Positions 9,547-16,691 of a stretch of DNA of 59,899 nucleotides are shown here, piece by piece. Position numbers and translations under genes: made by a program. This stretch comes from Patescibacteria group bacterium (GTDB lineage: Bacteria; Patescibacteriota; Patescibacteriia; Magasanikbacterales; UBA922). Location: the NCBI GenBank assembly GCA_041658785.1, contig JBAZZL010000004.1, forward strand, positions 1 to 59,899, given 5' to 3'. The notes below the pieces were generated by a model that was not told where the DNA came from, did not search any database, and saw only the letters and a program-made list of their open reading frames with translations. Numbering within the stretch: position 1 is the first letter of the stretch; every line of letters begins with the position of its first letter.

Positions 9547-9631
9547 TGGTGCCGCGGGAGAGACTCGAACTCTCACACCCGAAGGCACGTGCTCCTAAGG
9601 CACGCGTGTATACCAATTTCACCACCGCGGC
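9547..9631 (-). tRNA. tRNA-Leu (anticodon TAG), CCA encoded
   Basis: The rc folds as gccgcgg-tg-gtg..cac-g-cgtgc-cTTAGga-gcacg, a 13-nt variable arm tgccttcgggtgt, gagag-ttcgagt-ctctc, ccgcggc-a-cca. Confidence 0.92.
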
Positions 9632-9807
9632 GTTGCCAAAATAATATCAAAAATAACATATTTATATCATAGACAAAAATGGTAGTTTTGTCAATCAAAT
9701 TCAATTGCCCATTTCTTAATCTTTTTTTCAGAATAAATTTTATTGCATAATTCTTCTGGTGTGGAGAAATCATTCACTCCACCTTCTTTCCCGGTCTTCT
9801 ATACATT

Positions 9808-10143
9808 CTAGGATTTAATGTTAAATGGACGCTTATTAACCTCTTGAAGAATTCGAAGCGTCGCATGCACCGAAAGATTGTCGCTCGGTAAAAGAATTAA
9901 GCGATCACTCAATTGATTCAACAAAGGACTTAAAAACTCATCTGCCCATGATGGCGATAATGTTAATACTCCAGAAAAATCTATTTCTAGCTTTTCATCC
10001 TTGGAAAACTTACGCAAGGTTGGTTGAAATGCCTTAAATGCTTCACTGCCAAATTCCCGAGATATTAATGTCCCCCCAAATTTTTCTAGTTGCAATTTCA
10101 TATTTTTTTTAAAATTTATCAAAACTCTATCTTTGCTAAACAC
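9808..10143 (-). CDS. STAS-like (DUF4325-type) small protein
   Basis: 111 aa. The pattern REFGSEAFKAF...LEIDFSGV..LSPSWADEFLSPL resembles STAS-like DUF4325 proteins, a family recalled from memory. An alternative start at 10101 (MKLQLEKF) would remove the 25-nt overlap with the upstream gene. Confidence 0.55.
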   Translation of the reverse strand: MFSKDRVLINFKKNMKLQLEKFGGTLISREFGSEAFKAFQPTLRKFSKDEKLEIDFSGVLTLSPSWADEFLSPLLNQLSDRLILLPSDNLSVHATLRILQEVNKRPFNIKS

Positions 10144-10838
10144 CCTCGCACAATACGCTGACCACGCGTAACATTAAATACTTTATCAGCGCCTTGCATG
10201 CGCACTTCAGCATCGCCGCTGGTAAAAAACAAACTGATCGGCTGCTCTATAACCACCTCGCGAACAAGCTTAAGCCCGTTACCGCGCTTTTCCGGTGCGC
10301 GTCCAGAAATGAATTCGGTAAACGCGACTTCCACCGCCGCGACATGACTCGAAAGTTCCGGCCGAACATGGCGTAAGGTTTCTAAAATACCCAATCCACG
10401 ATCCGCAAGGACAATAATGCCTTTAGCGAGGTCGTAGCCAAAAAAAATTCCCGCTGTATCCGGCCACTTTCCTAAGTTGTGAGCAAACGAATTATCACCG
10501 ATTTCTCCAGCAATTAAGACGATCAAAGAATACAATTTTTCAAACCCGGGCTTTTGCATGAGAGCATTCTGCATTTTTGTCAGCCTGGCATTGAAAATCG
10601 AACTTGTCGGACAATAAAACGTCCCCGGAAACTCAACGCCGTCTTGGATCCACTCGGAGGCAAACTTCATCAGATCGCTGGCAAAGATTTCTAAATCTTT
10701 TTCACGATAATAGCGATGGGTGCCACCATCTTTTTTGATCGCAACTAATTTACCGCTTTCGTCCCAACGACGAAGCGTATTCAAAGAAACTCCAAGATAT
10801 TCAGCCGCCTGGCTGATTGTAAACAATTTTTCTTCCAT
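10119..10838 (-). CDS. MerR-type HTH fused to a GHKL (RsbW/SpoIIAB-like) ATPase domain
   Basis: The N-terminus FTISQAAEYLGVSLNTLRRWDESGKL is a MerR/excisionase HTH. The C-terminal half has an N-box-like GEIGDNSFAHN, a G1-like DRGLG and a G2-like GNGLKLV. Confidence 0.65.
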   Translation of the reverse strand: MEEKLFTISQAAEYLGVSLNTLRRWDESGKLVAIKKDGGTHRYYREKDLEIFASDLMKFASEWIQDGVEFPGTFYCPTSSIFNARLTKMQNALMQKPGFEKLYSLIVLIAGEIGDNSFAHNLGKWPDTAGIFFGYDLAKGIIVLADRGLGILETLRHVRPELSSHVAAVEVAFTEFISGRAPEKRGNGLKLVREVVIEQPISLFFTSGDAEVRMQGADKVFNVTRGQRIVRGCLAKIEF

Positions 10839-11003
10839 ACAAGAATGATATCATACTATCTAAATCTACACAAGTATCGCCCAAATCTACCCAAAAATAT
10901 AGTAATCTACTCATTAAATGCTTATAAATAAACACTTTAAAGCTCATGATCGTAAAAATTCTGGAAAATAGAAATTTTCACGATTTTGGACCAAACTTAT
11001 GCA

Positions 11004-11621
11004 TCAAGACACGCCATCTGATACTCCCAAAACCCGCTCTGCGGTTTCAACAATCGCCTGAGTTTGCGCGTCAATCTCCACATTTACCCTATCTCCAATT
11101 TTTTTAACTCCAAAAGTAGTGTTATTTAAAGTCTCTGGGATAAAACAAACAGAAAACTCTCCCCTTTGATTTGCGTCAACAACTGTTAAACTGCAGCCAT
11201 CAATGGCAATAAAACCTTTTGGTAAAATATATTTCATCCACTCTTCAGGAACTTGAAAAATAATCTTATAATCTTTTAGCCTTTCAATCTCTAAAATCTC
11301 CGCTATCCCCCTAACATGCCCGGAAAGAATGTGTCCGCCGACTTCGTCGCCAAATTTTAGTGAACGTTCAATATTAACTTCATCACCTTCTTTCAAACTC
11401 CCCAGTGTTGTTTTGTCCAATGTTTCATTCATTACTTCAAAATAAGCAGTACTGCCGTCTATTTTTGCGACCGTAAGACAAACGCCCCCGACTGAAACAC
11501 TGGCGCCTTTTTTCAAACCAACCAAAAGCTCAACAGAAAATTCAAATGACAAAACCCGAAGATTGTCTTTTTCCTCTATTCTTTTTATTTTTTGCGCTGA
11601 CTGCACAATTCCAGAATACAT
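11004..11621 (-). CDS. ribE: riboflavin synthase alpha chain
   Basis: MYSGIVQ start and two lumazine-binding repeats (GASVSVGGVCLTV.., GFIAIDGCSLTVV..). Start moved to the internal ATG at 11621. Confidence 0.85.
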   Translation of the reverse strand: MYSGIVQSAQKIKRIEEKDNLRVLSFEFSVELLVGLKKGASVSVGGVCLTVAKIDGSTAYFEVMNETLDKTTLGSLKEGDEVNIERSLKFGDEVGGHILSGHVRGIAEILEIERLKDYKIIFQVPEEWMKYILPKGFIAIDGCSLTVVDANQRGEFSVCFIPETLNNTTFGVKKIGDRVNVEIDAQTQAIVETAERVLGVSDGVS

Positions 11622-11642
11622 AACGAAGACGAACAATGTTTT

Positions 11643-11690
11643 TAGGACTTACGCCTTTGTCATTCCGGAATGACAAAGGCGTAAGTCCTA
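11643..11690. terminator. perfect 48-nt palindrome downstream of pnp
   Basis: taggacttacgcctttgtcattcc|ggaatgacaaaggcgtaagtccta, 24+24 nt with no mismatches, 20 nt after the pnp stop. There is no clear U-tract, so terminator function is inferred. Confidence 0.6.
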
Positions 11691-11710
11691 CTACTATTAT
11701 AATCCTATAG

Positions 11711-13933
11711 TCATGGTCTCCTCTTCAAAAAACCGCCGCCCTGCCGATCACTGCCCCCTTGATGATGCCCTCTCGGCGGACGAGGGGATTGTTCCACAAA
11801 TCCATCAGGACGAGGAAGCAACGCTCTCATTGAAAGATTAACTCTGCCCAAATTATCAATCTCCTTTACCTTTACCTTTACTTTATCTCCAAGATTGAGC
11901 ACATCCCCAGGCCTATTAATTCTCTGCCAAGCAATTTCACTCACATGCACCAGGCCATCTTTATTTGGCAATATCTGAACAAAAACTCCAAAATCTTCCA
12001 ACCGAACCACTGTTCCTTCATAAATTTCTCCTGGTTCAACTTCTTTTGTCAAATCCTGAACCATTTTGACCGCCCGCCGCATGCCATCGGCATCGGTTGA
12101 AGTAATCATCACCCGTCCGTCTTGTTCAATATCAATCTGCACGCCAGTCTCATCAATAATCTTGTTGATAATTTTCCCGCCCGGACCAATGACATCGCGG
12201 ATTTTGTCTGGATCAATCATAATCGTCTCAATCCGCGGAGCATAAGGAGAAAGTTCAGCTCGCGGTTCAGAAATTACTTTGGCCATGCTATCCAAAATCT
12301 GCGACAGGCCTTCACGCGCCTGTTTTACCGCAGTCTCCACAATATCCCAAGTCAAACCTTTGGTCTTGGTATCCATCTGCACTGCGGTTATGCCATCGCG
12401 AGTTCCGGCAATCTTAAAATCCATTCCCCCCGGGCCATCTTCCACATCCTGCAGGTCAGTCAAAACTTTCCACTTATTTTCATTTGATGCCAAACCCATC
12501 GCGATGCCGGCAACCGGTTTTTTGATAGGCACGCCGGCAGCCATAAGCGACAGCGCTGAGCCGCAAGCAGAGGCCATGGAGCTGGATCCATTTGAACCCA
12601 AAATTTCTGAAACTACGCGAATAGCGTAAGGAAAATCTTCTTGTGATGGTAAAACTGGTTCAAGCGCGCGTTCAGCCAGAGCGCCGTGTCCAATGGCCCG
12701 GCGCGATGGTCCGCGCATAAAACCAGCCTCGCCATAAGTAAAGGGCGCGTCAAAATAATGATGCATATAACGTTTGGTTCCTTCTTCTTCCATCGTATCC
12801 AGGGTTTGTACATCTCCCGGCGCTCCCAAAGTTACAACCGACAACACTTGGGTGTCGCCCCGCATAAACATGCCGGATCCATGCACTCGCGGAATACAAT
12901 CTATTTCCACATTCAACTCCCGAATATCAGTCAAAGCCCGGCCGTCCAGGCGCTGGTCTTTTTCTAAAATCCGTTTAGCGGCTGCTTCAGCCGCATATTC
13001 TTTCACATTATTAAGCCCGGCCTGATGCGCCTCCTCTGCGAAACCTTGCGCTGTCAAATATTCGGCGGCTGCCTTTTTAATTTTTTTTACCATTTCATCA
13101 CGCTCTTTACGTCCGACTTTTACGGAATCAAACATCATCTCACCCGCTTTTTCAAGCACAAATTGGCGGGTGGTTTGCCGTATTTTTTCTTCCACATTGT
13201 CATCAATCCCTTTCAAATCATCCGCCACCGGCGTCATATTCTTTTGCGCTCCAATTTCCTTTTGAATTTTAGACACCAAATCCAGCGCTGGCTTTAGCTG
13301 GCTACACCCCCACTTCATCGCGTCAATCAACTCCGCTTCCGGTATTTCTTTTGCCCCAGCCTCCACCATTACTAGCCGATCCGGCGTGCCGGCAACTACC
13401 AAATCCAAAATGCCTTCTTCTGCCTCGGACAGTGTGGCGTTGAGAATTAAATTACCATCCTTTTTGCCTATCCGCGCGCAAGCGATCGGCCCGTCCCAGA
13501 CAATTGGCGAAATGGCAAGCGCCACGCTCGCGCCCACAAATGCTGGAATAGCGGCATCATTTTGTCCGTCAACAGACAAGGCCGTCACCACCACATGAAC
13601 ATCATTACGCGCTTGATCATTAAAGAGAGGCCTAATGGCCCGGTCTACCATACGGCCGACTAAAACCGATTCATCGCTGGGTCTGCCTTCTCGCTTGATA
13701 AAACGAGAACCTTTGATCTTCCCGGCGGCATACAATTTTTCCTGAAAATCAACTGCCAAAGGAAAATAATCTATTTCTTCCCGCGCTTCATCGCTTTGGA
13801 CAACAGTGGCGAGAATCATCGTATCGCCATACCTGACAGTGCAAGAACCGTTTGCCTGCAATGCAAATTTGCCGACTTCAACAGTCAGCGTGCGTCCGCC
13901 CCATTCGGCAGACCAACTTTTCACATTTAACAT
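11711..13933 (-). CDS. pnp: polyribonucleotide nucleotidyltransferase (PNPase)
   Basis: Two RNase PH domains, then KH (DVIGPGGKIINKI) and S1 (GTVVRLEDFGVFVQI) domains. Start set at MLNVKSW (13933), because the longer ORF runs into leader sequence. Confidence 0.93.
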   Translation of the reverse strand: MLNVKSWSAEWGGRTLTVEVGKFALQANGSCTVRYGDTMILATVVQSDEAREEIDYFPLAVDFQEKLYAAGKIKGSRFIKREGRPSDESVLVGRMVDRAIRPLFNDQARNDVHVVVTALSVDGQNDAAIPAFVGASVALAISPIVWDGPIACARIGKKDGNLILNATLSEAEEGILDLVVAGTPDRLVMVEAGAKEIPEAELIDAMKWGCSQLKPALDLVSKIQKEIGAQKNMTPVADDLKGIDDNVEEKIRQTTRQFVLEKAGEMMFDSVKVGRKERDEMVKKIKKAAAEYLTAQGFAEEAHQAGLNNVKEYAAEAAAKRILEKDQRLDGRALTDIRELNVEIDCIPRVHGSGMFMRGDTQVLSVVTLGAPGDVQTLDTMEEEGTKRYMHHYFDAPFTYGEAGFMRGPSRRAIGHGALAERALEPVLPSQEDFPYAIRVVSEILGSNGSSSMASACGSALSLMAAGVPIKKPVAGIAMGLASNENKWKVLTDLQDVEDGPGGMDFKIAGTRDGITAVQMDTKTKGLTWDIVETAVKQAREGLSQILDSMAKVISEPRAELSPYAPRIETIMIDPDKIRDVIGPGGKIINKIIDETGVQIDIEQDGRVMITSTDADGMRRAVKMVQDLTKEVEPGEIYEGTVVRLEDFGVFVQILPNKDGLVHVSEIAWQRINRPGDVLNLGDKVKVKVKEIDNLGRVNLSMRALLPRPDGFVEQSPRPPRGHHQGGSDRQGGGFLKRRP

Positions 13934-14105
13934 ATATATGTTTTGTTTGTGAGAAGATGATCCAGATGAGATAGATCTGCATAGCGCCTTGAATCCTGCG
14001 CGATTCATCAGCATGAGACCTAGATTCTTCCAGACCAACTCTCGTGAATAAATGACTAACTTTTTAAATTACGAGGACCTACGCATTTGCGGAATAGCGG
14101 ATTGA

Positions 14106-14125
14106 GTCCCGATTCGCATCGGGAC
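14106..14125. repeat. REP-like hairpin gtcccgattcgcatcgggac (copy 1)
   Basis: The 22-nt string agtcccgattcgcatcgggacg is identical at 14105-14126 and 38132-38153. Confidence 0.9.
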
Positions 14126-14248
14126 GAAATCCGCACTGTCCGAGCGCGAAATTCGTCCGCCGAACCGCGGACTCATTTCGCTACTCCACATAAAATAATC
14201 AAACGCGTAAGTCATGATTACTTTAAATTTACTTCCATCATTATTCCC

Positions 14249-14313
14249 TATTTCTAATTTCCAATTTCCAATTTCTAATTTCCAATTTCTAATTTCTAAT
14301 TTCCAATTTCCAA
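14249..14313. repeat. tandem 8-nt word array (atttccaa / atttctaa)
   Basis: tatttctaatttccaatttccaatttctaatttccaatttctaatttctaatttccaatttccaat, read directly in the NYN-pnp spacer. Confidence 0.95.
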
Positions 14314-14316
14314 TCA

Positions 14317-14856
14317 TTATCTCTGTTGCAATCGCCGTCTATCAACAATCAAAAACTTTTCTTTCTCTGAACTCAAATCAATATAGTTATCAGCTTCTTC
14401 TATCAATCTAGCTGAAGTGGTTCCGCCAAACGCAACAACTTCAACTTGCTTGCCGCTGCTTTTTTGCAAATATTCAACCAATGGCAGATAGTCTCCATCG
14501 CCAGAAACCAATACAATCGCATCTAAACTTGGAGCCAGCCTAATCGCGTCAACAGTCAGGCCGACATCCCAATCAGCTTTCTTGAAGCCGGTATTAAATA
14601 CTTGGAGATTCTTCTCGCGCGTCTCAATCCCCAAATTATAAAGCGCTTCAAAAAAAGGCTGCTCTTCTTTCGATTCGGTGCGAACAACATAAGCAATAGC
14701 GCGAATCAATTTTCTTCCGGCCACTGCTTCTTTTACAATATTGCCAAAATCAACTTTTTTGCCATGGAGATTCTTGGCGCTATAATACAAATTCTGCACA
14801 TCTATAAACACCCCTACGCGCTGTTCGGGGTGTTTGAGCGGATTTGATTTATTCAT
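14317..14856 (-). CDS. NYN-domain (LabA/DUF88-like) protein, predicted RNase fold
   Basis: VGVFIDVQNLYYSAK...ADWDVGLTVDAI...AIVLVSGDGDYLPLV match the NYN/LabA acidic motifs. The ATG at 14856 overlaps the rpsO stop (aATGAATAA). Confidence 0.8.
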   Translation of the reverse strand: MNKSNPLKHPEQRVGVFIDVQNLYYSAKNLHGKKVDFGNIVKEAVAGRKLIRAIAYVVRTESKEEQPFFEALYNLGIETREKNLQVFNTGFKKADWDVGLTVDAIRLAPSLDAIVLVSGDGDYLPLVEYLQKSSGKQVEVVAFGGTTSARLIEEADNYIDLSSEKEKFLIVDRRRLQQR

Positions 14857-15217
14857 TGTCTTTGTCTTTGTCTTTTGGGCTGATATTGTCATCATCGTTT
14901 TCATTATTATTATCTTCCAAATCAACAGCTGTTGGTCTTTTCAACAGCTTCGCTTGTTTTAATTTAAGTTTTTGTATAAGTTCCTCATAAGATTTCGCGT
15001 TTTCTTTTTTTAGATAACGCAACAATCTGCGGCGTTCTCCCACTTTGCGGAGTAATCCGCGGCGGGAAGAGTGATCTTTGTGATGAATCTTGAGATGCCC
15101 GCTCAACTCTTCAATCTCTGAAGTCAAAATGGCGATCTGCACCTCGCTTGAACCAGTATCATCACTGTGAGTCTGATACTTTTTTATGATATTCTGCTTT
15201 TTTTTCTTTGAAAGCAT
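14849..15217 (-). CDS. rpsO: 30S ribosomal protein S15 with a ~35-aa acidic C-terminal tail
   Basis: MLSKKKKQNIIKKYQTHSDDTGSSEVQIAILTSEIEELSGHLKIHHKDHSSRRGLLRKVGERRRLLRYL is typical S15. The start choice (15217 versus 15226) is uncertain. Confidence 0.88.
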   Translation of the reverse strand: MLSKKKKQNIIKKYQTHSDDTGSSEVQIAILTSEIEELSGHLKIHHKDHSSRRGLLRKVGERRRLLRYLKKENAKSYEELIQKLKLKQAKLLKRPTAVDLEDNNNENDDDNISPKDKDKDNE

Positions 15218-15389
15218 ACATTGCATATTACCGGCCGATAGCAAGTCTGTTGATAAACCGACTATGGTCAGACCAGCCAAAGGCTGGATTTATTAATCAG
15301 GAAGAGTATATCAGATGATAAAAATAATGTCAAGAATACCGAATCATTATTTCCTTTTTTGCTTCTCCTCGCATATAGTTAAGTCTAAG

Positions 15390-16691
15390 TTAATAAATAA
15401 ACATCGCGTCTCCAAAACTATAAAATCTATAATTTTGAGAAACGGCCTCTTGGTAACATTGTAGCACAAACCGCCTATTGCCGGCAAGCGCGCTTACTAA
15501 CATCAAAAGGGTTGATTTTGGGAGGTGAAAATTGGTGATTAACGCATCAACAATTTGAAAATTGAAACCCGGGCGGATAAAAATATCTATTTCTCCAGTA
15601 TAACTCTGTAATTTGTAATTTGTAACTGGTAATTTTCCTAATTTCAAATTTCTAATTTCAAATTTCCTATCTTCATTTATTTCAACTTTATCTCTACTTA
15701 TTATTTCATTGTTACATTGTTCCATTGTTAGATTGTTAGACAATCGGCCAACCCCTTTCCTCTTTCCTCTTTCCTCTTTCCCCAAAGCCGCGATTCCTTC
15801 CAATGTCCTCACCGTCGTCGTTCCCACCGCCACCACTCGTCTCCCCTCGCTCTTTGCCCGATTGATCTTCTCCGCGTTTTCTTCGGTCAATTCAACCCAC
15901 TCGCTATGCATCACATGATCCTCTAATCTTTCGGACTTAACCGGCAAAAATGTTCCCAAACCGACATGCAAAGTTACTTCGGCAAACTCAACTCCTTTTT
16001 TCTTTAACTTCTCAATCAACTCTGGAGTAAAATGGAATCCGGCGGTCGGCGCCGCGACTGATCCTTCTCTATCATCACGCGCGTAAACCGTTTGGTAACT
16101 CTCAAGTTTAAGATTTTTATCTCCTTTAATATATGGGGGCACAGGGACAACGCCATACTTGTTCGCTTTTTTTCTGACCGTTTCTTCATCATCCGGAAAT
16201 TGCACCAAAATACTTCCGTCCGGTTCTTTTATTACCACCTCGCAATAAAACACCTCGTCCAACTCCCTCCCCTTTTTAAGGGGAGGGCGGGGGTAGGGTT
16301 GTTCGCCATCTCCAAATACCACCCTCATCCCGGGCTTGACGTGCTTGCCAGGCCTTGCCAATACTTTCCATACGCCCGGATTTCCCATCGGCCGCACGAG
16401 CAATACTTCTACCGGTTTATCCTCGCCGCGCAAAACTCGTCCATCATTCGAAACCAACGACCCAAACAAACGCGCTTTGAAAACCTTTGAATTATTCCAC
16501 ACCAACAAATCGCCCTTATCCAAATAATCAACAATATTATAAAAATGACAGTGTTCAATCGCCTCTTTCCTCTTTCCCCTTTCCGCCTTTCCTCTATCAA
16601 CAATCATCAGCCGCGAATGGTCGCGCAGACGCGTTGGTTTTTGGGCAATAAGCTCTGCTGGAAGGTGGTAATTAAAATCAGCGGTTTTCAT
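15390..16691 (-). CDS. queA: S-adenosylmethionine:tRNA ribosyltransferase-isomerase, with repeat-derived in-frame insertions
   Basis: MKTADFNYHLPAELIAQKP at the start and GDAMFIY at the end. 433 aa, against ~340-350 aa recalled for typical QueA. Confidence 0.9.
   Translation of the reverse strand: MKTADFNYHLPAELIAQKPTRLRDHSRLMIVDRGKAERGKRKEAIEHCHFYNIVDYLDKGDLLVWNNSKVFKARLFGSLVSNDGRVLRGEDKPVEVLLVRPMGNPGVWKVLARPGKHVKPGMRVVFGDGEQPYPRPPLKKGRELDEVFYCEVVIKEPDGSILVQFPDDEETVRKKANKYGVVPVPPYIKGDKNLKLESYQTVYARDDREGSVAAPTAGFHFTPELIEKLKKKGVEFAEVTLHVGLGTFLPVKSERLEDHVMHSEWVELTEENAEKINRAKSEGRRVVAVGTTTVRTLEGIAALGKEERGKRKGVGRLSNNLTMEQCNNEIISRDKVEINEDRKFEIRNLKLGKLPVTNYKLQSYTGEIDIFIRPGFNFQIVDALITNFHLPKSTLLMLVSALAGNRRFVLQCYQEAVSQNYRFYSFGDAMFIY

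Noticed and set aside
9350-9598. 82-aa ORF on the plus strand
   Set aside because: It runs antisense through the consensus promoter and into tRNA-Leu. It has no coding features.
14069-14317. 82-aa ORF MIGNWKLEIRNWKLEIGNWKLEIGN...
   Set aside because: Its N-terminal half is only the translation of the atttccaa tandem array and the rest crosses a REP-like hairpin. There is no ribosome-binding site, and it lies in the pnp leader.
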